A stretch of DNA of 64,000 nt from Azolla caroliniana (taxonomy: Eukaryota > Plantae > Polypodiophyta), in assembly GCA_043228905.1 (NCBI GenBank), contig JBHGNT010000002.1, positions 11,966,001 to 12,030,000 of the forward strand. The letters are read 5' to 3'. A program made the position numbers and the translations under genes. Below are positions 1 through 13,700 of this stretch, piece by piece (within the stretch, counting starts at the first letter, position 1; each line of letters starts with the position of its first letter). Below the pieces are notes generated by a model. That model ran no database searches. It was not told where the DNA came from and saw only the letters and a list, made by a program, of their open reading frames with translations.

Positions 1-229
1 AAGTTGTATGCTTGTTTTGGATCTCCATGACGTGCTCGCGGATCCCTGGTTCCACCACACGTTTGAAGCTAGAAATTTGTTTGAGATCATTGACATCCCT
101 TTGTTGCATCTCGTTCCGATAGGTAGCAAGAAAATCCGTGATGTTCTTGCCACCAAATCGTCCAGCTATCTCAACCGTACGATCAACAACTTTGTTGATT
201 AAAGCTTCTCGATCTCTCACCTTCAGCAT
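1..229 (-). pseudogene. N-terminal gag fragment of a Ty3/Gypsy-type element, running off the window
   Basis: Manual minus-strand translation MLKVRDREALINKVVDRTVEIAGRFGGKNITDFLATYRNEMQQRD... has the F-x-G-x-N-I-T-x-F-L pattern of retrotransposon capsid N-termini and no stop up to the window edge. Confidence 0.5.
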
Positions 230-329
230 GTATTTCACTACGGGTTCCGCTTCTGGAAGCCATTGTTGCACTTGATATCCTCCCTACCGCCTCTTTCACG
301 TTAACCGGAAGACAAATCGGGAGCAACCG

Positions 330-1847
330 ATTCAGACAAGAGTTGGAATGAATCGGAGACAACCGATTCGGTTCAACAGATGGATTTGGAAGAACCGGAT
401 CATTTCAAGGCCAAGAGGACGAGAAGGCAGAGGAAGTTGACGCCAACATGAAGGAATCGACGAATCGGCAAGCGCCAAAGTCACAGCAGCGAGGGAGCTG
501 AATTGGGCCTGTTGAGCAGACAAGCCGACCGAGGAGGTCGAGGTGGGAGGAATAGAAGGGTCGCGGCAAATGGGACCGGATCGGACGAGGAGCGCGAGCG
601 AGACGGAGTGACGCCAGAAGGAGCTAGGTGGAAGGACCGGCTACCATGGAGACTGACACTACGATCCGACCTCAAGTTGAGCTTGAGGGGGAGTGTTGAG
701 CGGCAAGCTCAACTGGATCCGAATCGGCTGAATAAGCCTGAGCCGGATTGGCATCCGGAAGGATGAGCCGGATCGGTGACCCGGTGAGCAAGTGAGCCGG
801 TTAGCTGGATTTATCAGTAATCGGAAGCCTAGTAGCAGCTAGAGTACTAGGGTGTTAAAAGTCTCGTAGTCAGTGCCAGACGCTCGAGTGAGCATTGAAG
901 TACGTGGTACTTTTGTCAGTCCTCTCAGGACTTGTATAAATAGTGTTGTTGAGCACGTTGTATGTGCAGAGTGTTGATATAATTTTTGAATTTAGATTCT
1001 TGTTCTGCTCTCTCTGTCTCTCCCGAGTATTCTCTGTATTCTGTGTATTACTCTCTCTCTCTCTCTCTGCTGCTACGTAGCCAAGTGAAAGGACTACACG
1101 CTCCGCAAACAACGCTCGGCCACAACCGAGTCTAGTATCAAACACAAAAAAACAAATAATGTACGCACAACACAGTAAAGAGAAGAGTACACAGGATGTT
1201 TACGTGGAAAACCCAAACACGGGAAAAACCACAGCAGTCCACAAACTGCAAACTATCACTATGTTACAATATACAATAGATGAACACAGAGGCAACAACC
1301 TCTTGTTCACTGTCTTCGCCACAGGCGGCGGTTACAATAGAGACAACGTCCTCTTTGTCTCTCACTCACACACACTCTCTCTCTCTCTGTACACGGTTGC
1401 ACTCAAATCTTGCACCAACAAGAATGACAACTACACTACACTAAGTTTGCCCTAAGTCATATTTATACTAATATGACTTTTTGGCTATTTACAAATATAG
1501 CCCCAATGGACTCTCAGAAGCATATTTACGAATATGTCCCTTCATCCGGTGAGCACTCCTCACTAGGCCTGCATCATCCGGCTCTTGACGGGCACTCGTC
1601 ATCCGGTTCTCATCGGGCCTTCACCATCCGGCTCTTGCCGGGTACTCGTCATCCGGTTCTCACCGGGCCTTCCTTGCCAGGTACTCGTCATCCGGTTCTC
1701 ACCGGGTCTTCCGTTGCCGGGTACTCCACATCCAGATTCGGCCTCGGCCGAGTTACTCATCAACTTTGTTCTTCTCACTTCCCATCCGGAGGGACCTGTT
1801 TCCTAACACCAAGCTATTGTCTTATGCTTCCGCACATACGCTTCCAC
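330..1847 (+). mobile_element. 3' end of a Ty1/Copia element: charged tail, PPT (684-693) and 3' LTR (694 to about 1847, interrupted and truncated)
   Basis: ctcaagttgagcttgagggggag|tgttgag is identical to the PPT/LTR junction of the Copia at 62842-62871; LTR motifs ttgtataaa and cgcttccgcac are shared with 23268-23692. Confidence 0.75.
1086..1808 (-). mobile_element. Solo LTR of the Tnt1/Tork-like Copia family
   Basis: TG...CA ends; perfect 5-bp TSD CCAAG (1081-1085, 1809-1813); homologous to LTR 30073-30780, including ~40-bp tandem repeats and the gggacctgtttcctaaca terminus. Confidence 0.9.
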
Positions 1848-2267
1848 AGTAATATTGTAACACATGTAAACGGTGCACGCGGGAAGTGTGAACGGCTAAA
1901 AGACCCCGCGTATATAAAGGGCAGAAAACCTCTGATAAAGGTAGCATGTAATTTTGAATGTAAGAGACGTAGCTTAATAGAGTTCTATCTTCTCTGATAT
2001 CTGTGCGTATCTGTGGTTAATCTACTGTGTGTCTGTAATCCTTGGTGGCGTAGCACAGTCATAAGAGCGTAGGCGTGAGTGACAGTGTGTGTGCTAGCCT
2101 ACTGTCTAAGGAGCTCGGTTGTAGCCGTCTCCCTTATACGCTGCTAGGTTACGGGAGGTATCCCACTAAGTATTACGCACAGACGCTACCATTCGTTGTC
2201 ACACAGTCACTTTGAGGTCTAGGTCGAAGGACTGTCTGTAGACCGTGTTCCTAATCGGTAACACTTT

Positions 2268-2281
2268 TGCCACGCTTGGTG
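2268..2281 (+). promoter_or_regulatory. Degenerate PBS (tRNA-Arg-like) after the 5' LTR
   Basis: tgccacgcttggtg versus tggcacgcccggtg (11/14), after a cttt spacer. Confidence 0.5.
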
Positions 2282-2315
2282 ATCTGTGTGTTGTCACAAA
2301 CGAACAACGACGAAT

Positions 2316-5300
2316 GGATGTTTAGCTGCAGACGCCCTAGAGAACCAACATGACAGGACCGACCAATCACAAGGTCCATCACACGCCAGGCAGAGGAACG
2401 CGCACGACAAAAGCCTCGCCTCAGTGACCTCAGTGATACCTGTCGAGACCACAAAGACGATTTCTCGCTCTCCAAATACCTCGGCAATACGCAGGAAGTG
2501 CGCTCACCACAAAAGCACTGTGGCCTTTCCCTGCCCACCGTAGCACCCAACATGGCCTTTGTGTATGCCCGCTTCAACGGCGAAATCGACGCCGCAACCC
2601 ACATCCGACTGTTCCTCAATGTCTGGAATGCAAACCACATGGTGCAGAGCCTTTCCGAAGCAGTAGCGCACCAGTCCAAAATGACGGAGTTTGCATTAAC
2701 CTTGGATGGGATCGGCGTTTTGGTATTCGCAGATGGATTTGCCAGCAATCACGACCTTTGACCAACTGCAGTCAGCCTTTCTCCGGTTTTTTCATCGGAG
2801 GGTGCCGCAACTCGAAATCCTCGGGTAGTTTTACACAATTAAACAGTTGCCGACCGAGACGGTAGCGGATTTCAGTTTATGCTTCCAAAATCTACGACGG
2901 AAATTAGAACGGGGCCCAACGGAGAACGAGGCTAGGGAGACATTTCTGGTAGCATTCCGTCGACCCATATAGACAACACTCAACAACAATAGCGTGAAAG
3001 GGGAAACAACCGATATGGTCATAGAAAGAGCGCTACAGCTCGAGCTGGACGAAGAAGAGGAAAGGTTTTCCATGTCATTACGAAAAGCATTACCTCAGGA
3101 CGAGGAATGACATTTTCGCCAAGCGATCCAGTGCACGATTTGCTTGAATTCGGGGCATTCCGCAGTTGAATGCAACATGTGAATTCACTGTCCAATCTGT
3201 CACTCGAAAGCTCACACAATTGAGCAGTGTGAGTACAATATGTTGAACAAAGCCATGCCCACAGTACGCAACGTGGAAACACAGCGTCCCCCACGCTATA
3301 ACGAAGACATGTGGCAAGAAGAACGACCACGGTATATGGATCGAAACCCACGCGATGACTGGCACTACGGGAATCGCCGGAATCATAACGATTCCAAGGA
3401 AGACGAGCCAAAGGATGAAGACTGCCGTGGCAACCCCAAAAATAGTAAAGGGGGCCGACGCTATGAGAATTACCGTCCGACGAACAAACGTGGCGGCTTA
3501 AATGGGCCTCGTGGAAAGCATCATCAATATCGGGACCAACGGCAGTACAACGAAAGTTTGGACGATGACCAACACCAGGAACCTCGTCGGGACCAACAAC
3601 AACCACCGCGTATGCTCCGACGAACGAATCAGGACCGGGAGGAGCAAGTCACACTTGGGGATCGACACACACCACGAGGGGCCGAGAAGGGCGAATCTAG
3701 CATCCATTGTTTTGTTTGTCAACAAACCAAACATTATGCCACACAATGCCCAGTACGCAAGGGCAAGGGGCCCGCCGTCAATACGATTACGGCGGAAGTA
3801 CAACAAGTCACGACACGTCAGCAAACATAAAATGTTGATTGGGCCGCGCAAGATGAGATATGACGGACAACCCAAGCATGGGTTGAAAAAGCAAACGCGG
3901 CAAATACGGAGCGCATGCGGAAGGAGTCCGCAAGTATGGTGGAGCTATTGGAGGAAGAGGGACCATCTCCGGACCCCATATGGCAAGCACTAACAAGCTG
4001 CGAGATAACGTTAACCATGGAGAAGCTGTTGTAACTAGTCCCACGATTCCGCCAGGCCGTGGAAGAGCGGATGATGGGCAGACCTAGGGTAATCGTTGCC
4101 GCGAATTTTACGGACATTAGCGACGGACCGATAGTGGTGGATCACAACCCCGCTATTAAGTTGATACTACACGGTCACGAAATCCCAGGATGCGTAATTG
4201 ATGGCGGCTCGGGTGTTAATGTAATTAGCGCAAAGACATGCAAACAATTGGGAATTTCAGAATGAGAAGCTTGCCCATTTGGCTTTGCATGGCGGATACC
4301 CACTCAGTACGACCACTGGGGTTGATACGCAAGGTAGGCATTATCGTGGGAGGACATCGCTTCGACATCTCGGCGGTAGTCCTCGCCCTTGACGCCCCAG
4401 GGGCGTATCCTATGCTGTTGGGCAGATCGTGGCTTCGTTTAGCGAATATCAAGCAGAGCTGGCAACACAAGTGTATCGGCTTTCGACGTAGACGCACCAA
4501 GGTCCATGTACCAACAGAGGAAATGACGACACAACCCAAGGGCATAACACCATTGTACGCGGAGGATATAAATATGTTGGCTGGGGTGGATGATACAAAA
4601 TTAGAGGTATACTTAGACGAGCACCCTCGAATTATTCTGCTATTCGAAATCGACGTCATCGAAACAACAGTGGAATATGCCACGCCCGCTACACTCCACG
4701 ACAAGGCTTACGAACCAAACCCGGAGTCAATATTAGAACTAAGCAGAGCATGGGCAACGTTCGAGAGGGAAATGGAAATTTCACGGCGAGTCACCGCCTC
4801 AGCCCTGGAAGAAGTAAACGTGGGTACGACGTCAGAACCCTGTTTTCTCTCCATCGCAAAAGAATTATGCTGGATTAGAGAGACGCGATTATAGCACTAC
4901 TCAGGAAGTATAAAGATATGTTCGCCTGGGCCCATGAGGACATGAAGGGATTAGATCCGAAGTTCTATCAACATAAGATCAATTTAGCAACCGACGCGAA
5001 ACCGGTCCAACAACGTCGATATTGCATGAACCCAACCTATGCGGCCCGCGTAAAAGAAGAAATTGACAAACTCCTCAAGGCTGGATTCATACGACCAGTT
5101 AAACAAGCTACATGGTTAAGCTCGATAGTAGTCGTACCAAAGAAAAATGGCAAAATACGGGTATGCGTGGACTACCGGAAATTAAACTCCGTAACCATTA
5201 CATACGCATTCCCTTTACCTTTCACCGATAGCGTACTGGACGCCGTTGCGGGGCATGACATGTACAGTTTTTTGGATGGCTTCAGTGGGTACAACCAAGT

Positions 5301-7663
5301 GTGCATGCACCCCGACGACCAAGAGAAGACGGCGTTTGTCACGGACTAGGGAATCTATGTTGCAGTCGTCATGATGTGTTCGGGCTAAAGAGGTGTCAAC
5401 GACATTTCAACGGACAATCACAGAGATTTTTGGGGAATATATTATGGCCTTCATGTAATTTTTTTAGACAATTTTGCGGTATATGGGACAACAACCGACC
5501 ATTTTACGCATCTGCAACTGTGCCTGGAGCGTTGCCGAACCGCACGCTTAAGCCTGAATCCCGCCAGATGTGCCTTCGGCAATACCAGCGGGCTCTCCTC
5601 GGCCATATAGTCAGCAAGGAAGGGATAGCGGTCGATCCGAATAAAATCTCCGCGATTACTCACGTGAAAATGCCGACAAACGCGAAATCACTCAGCCGGT
5701 TTTTAGGACAAATATGATGGCATAGTCGGATGATACGCTATTTGGCGGACTTCCCCATGCCGTTACATGCTGCCGTTCATCAGACTCCCTTCAAATGGAC
5801 AGTTACGGAAGAGAAGGCATATGATGCGCTAAAGGGAATGCTAACGCAGGCACCCGTCGTACAACCACCAGTTTGGGCGAAGCCATTCCACGTGTTTGTA
5901 GATGCCTTAGACATAGCAATAGGTAGTGCGCTAATGCAACTCACGGAGCCGAAGTGGTACCGACCGGTGTACTACGCTAGTTGGAAATTATCAACGACTG
6001 AGCGTAACTATTCGACAATGGAACGTGAGGTGTTGGGTATGATCTACAACATCAATAAGTTCTAGCATTATTTGCTAGGGCGGAAATTCACGTTTCACAT
6101 GGATCATTCGGCACTGTTATATTTGGTAGAGAAACAAGCGCTGACGGGGAATTTGGCGAGATGGACGCTGTTGCTTCAAGAATTTGACTTTGTAATTCAG
6201 CACCGCTCGGGTACGCAACACGTAGTGGCAAACTTTTTGAGCAGACTCGATAATGGAGAAACGGGCAGAGGGATGACAACAACTTTTCGGATGCAGACAT
6301 TTTGTGGGTAGCAACGCTAGCAGAACAAATGGAAAAGACCTTCCCGGATCGGTGGCTCATGGAAATGACCTACTTCGTGACCATGGGGTTACCGCCACCC
6401 CAATTACGGACGGATGAGAAAAAACGGTTGGCCGTCCGGAGTCGAAATTTCTGTTTAGTGGAAGACATACTATACCACAAGGGCAGTGACAGCATCTGGA
6501 GGCGTGGAATACGACAGGATGAGAAGGACGTGGTTCTACGCGAAGCCCATTGTGGTACAGTGGGAGGACATTACGCAGGCGATGTTACGGCCTAGAAAAT
6601 TTGGCAAGTAGGACTTTGGTGGCCGATGACGCAAAAGGACGCGTATGAATATTACAAATAGTGCAATTTATGCCAATGACTGGGCCAACCCACAGAAGTC
6701 ACAAGAATGCCACACCAACCAGTGTTGCCACTAGATCCTTTCCAAAAGTGGGGGTTAGATTTCGGGGGACCTTTTACCCCGGCGGCCGCTCGAACAGGCA
6801 ATAACTACATCCTGGTGGCTACGGATTACTGCACCAAGTGGGTAGAAGCGAAACCACTACGCGAGAATAACGCGGCAATCACGGTGAAATTCCTGTACGA
6901 ACACATCTGGTGTTGTTTCAACTGCCCTATCAAGCTCATTAGTGACCAAGGTAGTCACTTTCTGAATACAGTCATTTGTGAACTGACCCAACATTACGCG
7001 GTGGTGCACAAGAAAAGTACGCCATATTATCCGCAGGCAAATGGCTTGGGGGAATCCACGAACAAAACCCTCCAAACTATCCTCAAAACGATAGTCAATG
7101 AGAACAGGACGGATTGGGACACCAAGTTGCATAACGTGTTATGGGCATACCGTACCAGCTATAAGAGCAACATACAATCAACACCGTTCCGGTTGGCATT
7201 TGGTCTGGAGGCCGTGATGCCAGTTGAATTCCAGGTACCCATTCTGCGGATTCAAATACGAGCCTGACTACCAGAGGGAAAATCCGAAAAAATACGGCTA
7301 CAACGACTGCTAGAGCTAAAAGAAACAAGGGTACGCAGTATGGCCATATTAGAGCAGGAACAACGGCGGCGCAAAGCATTTGTTGACCGACACTGGCAGG
7401 CGTGTGAAAAAGATTTTACGGTTGGAAAAGTGGTATTAGTTTTCCAAACACGCATGGGGCATATGCTAGGAAAATTAAGATTTCGCTGGACAGGCCTGTA
7501 CTGGATAGTAGGAGTAGAACAAGGCACGTTTCAATTGGGCATGCTGGTCGGGGAAGTGTTATGACAGAAAGTGAATGGGTTTCGCCGTAAACCTTATCTG
7601 GGACCTACGCCACCTAACCCGTTCCCCGCCGGACAGGACAAAGCCGGAAAATCCGCGGGGTAA
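2316..7663 (+). pseudogene. Fragmented gag-pol (CCHC knuckles, protease VIDGGSGVN, RT, RNase H, integrase)
   Basis: ORF pieces 3240-3830, 4059-4894, 4918-5349 (KIRVCVDYRKLN, FLDGFSGYNQ), 5730-6311 and 6707-7267 (WGLDF, STPYYPQANG), broken by stops and frameshifts. Confidence 0.92.
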
Positions 7664-9432
7664 GTAGACAACCCCACTTATATTATAGTGTAAAAATAGA
7701 ATTGTATGTAACCGTTACGAAGAAAAAGAAAAAGAAAAAAGAAAAAGAGAGAGAAGATAGCGACGCTATTAAAAGGACTTAAGGCATGCACAGACTTCTA
7801 GACCAAGAACACACGGCATCACAATGGCTCACCGACCAATGAACCCTAGGCCACAAAAAGAAGGAAATAGAAGGTTTTCTACACAATACAGAAATCAACC
7901 TTCTAACTCTCAACACTCTCATCGCTCCCCTTCCTCACCCTCTTCTCCATCCTATCACAGAGCTCAAGCCCACCGCAACCAATAGTCTTCACCCACTAGC
8001 CACGAGCCTATTCTGACTATGCCGATATCCATCTCTACCACCTTGCGTCGATGGCTCGTGGAGAAACGCTTGGATGGGTACATAAAGGTCGCTGAGGCAC
8101 CACCACACCCTGATGCACTGGACATCACTAGAAAGCTCAACATCGACACGGTCACCAACTCATCCATCCGGAAAAAGTTGGACCTGTCATCACTGGGTGA
8201 GAGGCATTTCGAAATCCCTCATGCGGAATCCCTGCAGAGATATTTCGGTCCATATTCGTCATCCGCCAAGGCATATAGAACAAAGGAGATCCCAGATCCC
8301 TTTTTCTGAGAAATCGCCAAGTTCCTGTTGGAGGTCGGATGCGTACATGTAAACGCATATGGGATGCCCAAGCAGAAGGCAGGTATCATCATTGATACCT
8401 TCGAAGGGCGTACGATCGATTGGGGGGTCATTACGGGGCCGACGTTAAGGGAAGGCCTGCATGCATATCAAGGAGGCAAAAAGCTCAGGCCTATCATACA
8501 ACAGTGCCTGACGATACTATTCCCACCCAGAGGTTTGTCGACACCGCAACCTAGCAAACCCACTATGTCGCCTCGATCCGCGAAGCGAAGGTTAGTGGAG
8601 TTAGCCACCACAGAGTGGGAGGATGAACCCCAACCTAACCAACTGAACACGCGAACAACGCAGGAAGAACAGGCTGAGCGCACCGAGGAAGCGGCACAGG
8701 AGCCGGAAGCCGAACCACAACAGGAAAGCCCGAGGCCGAAACGGCGGAGACTGGACAAGAAAGATGGGCGCGAGTTAGTTAAAGACGCACTCGCGGCCAC
8801 AGAGAAAATGACCGTGGGCGACAGCTCTGCAGCTACGGAGCCCAACACCACCTTCGAAGTAATCTGGGAACCACAACCGATCATTACGGCCCGGTCATAG
8901 CGGGGGAAAGCCATATTGATGGCAGAAAGCGAGGTCCTGGCGTATCCGGACATTCCGGACACGACCCATGAGTTCGGCGCACTATTGTCATAACTAGACT
9001 CGAACCCATAACCTTTTGTTACACGGGTCGAGACTTTACCATTAGGTTATGAATTGTAATTTGAAGGATATTATTTTCATTTAGGTTTTATTGGGAAATT
9101 GATGTATATTCCAGATTTCTCTGGAACATTCTAGAAACTTCAGGAGTATTCCTGAAGACACTATAAAAGGAGGCGCAAGGCATTAGTTCGAACCAAATCG
9201 GTTCAACGCCAGTCTTAAGCCTTCTAACTACTGTTGTATATCTTCCTTCATATAATACATATATCTTTCGCATCATCATTCTCTCTCTCTCTCACTCACT
9301 CATTACTTCTCTCAAAGTTCGACACCTCTCATAGTACTAATCCTTCTCTGTCTTAGTACTATTCCCCAACAATAGTACTAATCCTTCTTTTAGTACTAAT
9401 TCCTTCTCTGCCTTAATAGAGTTCCTGACAGT

Positions 9433-9444
9433 TTGAACCGATTT
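9433..9444 (+). promoter_or_regulatory. Self-priming PBS
   Basis: ttgaaccgattt is the reverse complement of aaatcggttcaa (9195-9206), about 30 nt downstream of TATAAAA (9162-9168). Confidence 0.85.
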
Positions 9445-9531
9445 CTGGGTGCCTGTCTGGTCTTTTCTCTCCCTCTTCCTTCTGTCTCCCTCCTTTCCTA
9501 CTAGTCTCTTATTTCCCTTTTCCTTCATCCC

Positions 9532-10701
9532 ATGGCCACCGTTAGCGCTGAAGAGTATCAATCCGTTTTCTCGGAATTTCAATGCTTGAAAGAGAAGTTT
9601 CATGCTTTGGAACAAGAAAATCAACGCTTGTTGGGGGATCTTCAGCAAATTTCCTTAGAAAAGCAGCAAACGCAACAACAGCATGGGGAACTTGCGTTAC
9701 GCGTGCAACAACTCGAAGCAACCATCGTAGCAATGCAACAACAAGGGCACGGAGCACAAGGGATTCATAAAGAACCCAAGATTGGCCTTCCCACGAAGTT
9801 CGATGGAACGCGATCGCAGTTTAGAGGGTTTCTTAACCAGGTACGGTTAGTTATTCAAATGCATCCGTCCCGATATCCCACCGATGCATCACGAGTGGGT
9901 TTAGTAGGCACGTTGTTAAATGGCTCAGCATTAGCATGGTTCGCTCCGCTACTAGAAAAGGAATCTCCAGTACTAAATAATTTTGAAGAATTCATAAGTG
10001 AGTTTAAAGCATGTTTTGGAGATACTGACAGCATAAGGACTGCAATCAACAAAATCCGGCGATTACGCCAAGGTGACCGTCCAGCCTCCGCATATGCTGC
10101 AGATTTCCGCCTACTCGCCGCCGATATCCCCTGGGATGATCAAGCATTGATGGAGCAGTTCCGCTATGGTCTACGCAACGATGTCAAGGATTTACTCTTG
10201 ACCTTCCCTGAAGAGCCAAAATCATTAACAGAAGCAATCAGTCGAGCGGTCAGATGTGACAACCGCCTCTTCGAGCGACGTTCGGAACGACAATTTCAGA
10301 TGCCGAGGGCAAGATCCGAGCCTACCTATGCCTCAGTGGTAGCGAAACCTTTTCAAAGGGAGTCACATAATGCGCCTCCAGTAAGTACTCCAACTCCAAT
10401 GGAAATTGACACTACACGTCGTCGTGGGCCGCTATCGGAGGAGGAAAAGCAACGACGCCGAACAAACCGATTATGCCTTTATTGCGGTGGACCAGGGCAT
10501 ATCGCGATAAACTGTCCCCATAGACCAAGAAGGCAGGTAAACCAAATCGTTGTTAGTTCTGACTATACTAAACCCGAGTCTATTTCAGTAGGAATCTCTG
10601 ATAGTCCTCATAGTCATAATAGTCCTAATAGTACTAATAGTCCGAATCTCGCAAACAAATTTGATGTCCTTAGCCAATTAGAAGAAGAGTTAAACGACTA
10701 A
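9532..10701 (+). CDS. gag: Gag of the chromovirus
   Basis: 389 aa; coiled-coil N-terminus, PTKFDG capsid motif, PTPMEID, CCHC knuckle CLYCGGPGHIAINC. Confidence 0.95.
   Translation: MATVSAEEYQSVFSEFQCLKEKFHALEQENQRLLGDLQQISLEKQQTQQQHGELALRVQQLEATIVAMQQQGHGAQGIHKEPKIGLPTKFDGTRSQFRGFLNQVRLVIQMHPSRYPTDASRVGLVGTLLNGSALAWFAPLLEKESPVLNNFEEFISEFKACFGDTDSIRTAINKIRRLRQGDRPASAYAADFRLLAADIPWDDQALMEQFRYGLRNDVKDLLLTFPEEPKSLTEAISRAVRCDNRLFERRSERQFQMPRARSEPTYASVVAKPFQRESHNAPPVSTPTPMEIDTTRRRGPLSEEEKQRRRTNRLCLYCGGPGHIAINCPHRPRRQVNQIVVSSDYTKPESISVGISDSPHSHNSPNSTNSPNLANKFDVLSQLEEELND
10689..10695 (+). promoter_or_regulatory. Candidate -1 frameshift slippery site G TTA AAC
   Basis: Correctly phased in the gag frame, inside the 28-nt gag/pol overlap; pol is in the -1 frame. 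Confidence 0.7.
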
Positions 10702-10727
10702 GTCCAGCCAAAATAGGAGCCGTTTGG

Positions 10728-13700
10728 TTGGACAGCCCTAGATCTGTGCAGCCCATTAGTGGTTCCATTCCCTCTAAGCAAGTTAGTGATGTGTTCGTAG
10801 CCCAAGTAGCAGTTAGTACTAAAAGTACCCCTCCAGTACATACCTTAGCCCTTCTAGATTCCGGAGCTAATTCTTGCTTCATGGATAGGAATTTTGCCCG
10901 AGCTCATCAGATATCTCTCAGAAAGCTCCCATGTCCAGCCTCAGTAGTAGTCATTGATGGTCGTCCCATTGCTTCTGGTAATATCATAGAAGAGTCGGAA
11001 CCCGTTAATATTGTCCTAGATAACTTAACATGTGTAGTATCATTTAATATTATTAGTATTCCAGAACATCCCATAGTTTTAGGATTACCATGGCTCGAGT
11101 TACATAACCCAGACATAGATTGGAGGACAAGGGAAATCCGGTTGCGACAAACCCAAGGATCTACCCAGAAGGTTGCAACCATTTCGCTACGTCAGTTGCG
11201 TGAGGAAGGGCGCAAGGAGGAAATGTTTCTCTTCGCAATATCAGTACAACCCTCCAGCACCACCAAAGAGGAGTCCACCGTTCAACTTCCCGAGAAGTAT
11301 CGTCAGTATGCTGATGTGTTCGATAAAGTACAAGCCAACACACTTCCTCATCATCGGCCGTACGATTGCGCCATCGACTTACAACCGGGAAAAGAGCCGC
11401 CATGGGGGCCGATCTACAATTTGTCACCAACCGAGCTAGAAGTCCTTCGAGCCTATATAGAGGAGAATTTGGAGAACGGTTTCATTCGGCATTCGAAATC
11501 TCCAGCCGGCGCACCCATTTTCTTCGTCAAGAAAAAAGATGGCTCGCTTCGACTCGTTGTAGATTACCGTGGCTTGAATAAGGTCACAGTAAGAAATAGG
11601 TATGCTCTTCCCCTTATCTCAAGTCTTTTAGAACGGATCAACGGTGCCAGGTTCTTCACGAAGATCGACTTACGAGGAGCCTATAACCTCGTACGGATCC
11701 GACCAGGAGATGAATGGAAGACCGCGTTTCGCACCAGATATGGGCACTTCGAGTATACGGTCATGCCGTTCGGACTCACTAATGCGCCGGCAGTCTTCCA
11801 GCACATGGCGAATGATATATTTCGAGATCTCTTGGATGATTTTTTGATCATCTATTTGGATGATCTACTGGTTTATTCAAAGACCCAAGAAGAACATGAT
11901 TCTCATGTACTATTAGTACTAAAACGACTTCGAGAACATGGTCTGTATGCAAAGTTAGAGAAATGTAGTTTCGGGTGCAACCAAGTGGAATTTCTCGGCT
12001 ATGTCATCTCCTCAGAAGGCATATCTATGGACCCAGCCAAGGTCAAAACGGTGATAGAATGGCACACTCCGCGTTCGGTGCGGGATGTGCAATGCTTCCT
12101 AGGCTTTGCAAATTTTTACCGGAAGTTCATACAAAATTACTCAAAAATTGTGCTGCCTCTCACACAGCTCACGAGGAAGGGACAATCATTCATTTGGTCT
12201 AAAGAGACGGACATGGCTTTCGAGAGTCTTAAGAAGGCGTTTACATCAGCTCCAATTTTAGGTCATGTGGATCCGGAAAAACCATTCATTATCGAAGCTG
12301 ACGCATCGGATTTCGCATTGGGGAGCATTCTGTCACAACAGGGTAACGACGAGAAGCTACATCCTGTGGCTTTCCACTCCCGTAAGTTTGACGCCGCCGA
12401 AATCAACTACGAAATTCATGATAAAGAGCTATTAGCAATAGTTGATTCTTTTATGCAATGGAGGCATTTCCTGGAGGGATCTCCTCATCAGGTCACTGTA
12501 TTCAGTGACCACAAGAACCTTGCCTACTTTCAAGATGCTCGTGTACTGAATCGACGTCAAGCTCGGTGGGCCCACTTCCTCACACGCTTCGACTTCAAAA
12601 TTACATATCGTCCGGGGAAGCACCAAGGGAAGGCAGATGCATTATCACGGCGTTCGTATCTAACACCACGTCCCGGTGAGCCAGCTTTCGATAACCAGAA
12701 GCAAGTAATCTTGGGTCCAGCACGACTGCAAGCAGCACAGGTCTTTGACATGCCCATGGATTCCGACATTACCAATACTATACGTGAGGACTTGAAGACT
12801 GACGCTTTCGCCCAAGCTATACTAGCACAAATTGACCCCTCTCGAGCGTCATGTTCACAATCACAATCACCAGGTACGGATTATCGGCAATTCAAATACT
12901 GTGATGGATTACTCTTCTTTAAAGAACTTTTGTATGTTCCTAATGGTTCTTGCCGCCTTCGAGTAGTACAAAACTGCCATGACACATATACAGCAGGACA
13001 TTTTGGTAGTACTAAAACATTAGATTTAGTACAACGATCATTCTGGTGGCCCCATATGCGACAATTTGTCGAAGATTTTGTTCGGACTTGCGATACATGC
13101 TGTAGAGCGAAAATGCCAAGACATCATCCATATGGTTTATTAGAACCATTACCAATTCCAAGCAAGCCATGGCAATCCATTGCTCTTGACTTCATTACAG
13201 ATCTTCCAGTCTCTAAGGGATTCAGTGCGATTCTCACAGTGGTGGATCGATATACGAAGATGGCTCATTTCTTACCATGTACTAAAGAAATATCTAGTGA
13301 AGACACCGCCGAAATTGTCATGCGGGAAGTATGTCGGCATCATGGACTCCCTGATAATATCATCAGCGATCGTGGACCCCAGTTTGTGTCAAAATTCTGG
13401 AAGCACCTTTTTAAAATGCTGAAGGTCACTTGTAACCTCTCCTCCGGCTACCACCCACAAACCGACGGTCAAGCCGAACGAACAAATCAAACACTGGAGC
13501 AGTATCTGCGGTGCTTTCTCAACTATCATCAGAATGACTGGGCAGATATTCTTCAGTTTGCCGAATTTGCCTATAATAACGCTATCCACGCATCGACTAA
13601 AGTCACGCCATTCTACGCTTATACGGGATATCATCCCCGGTGGTGTGTCCTTGAAACCCCAGAAGTGTCCACAAATCCTTGCGCGGAGGATCGTTTGGAG

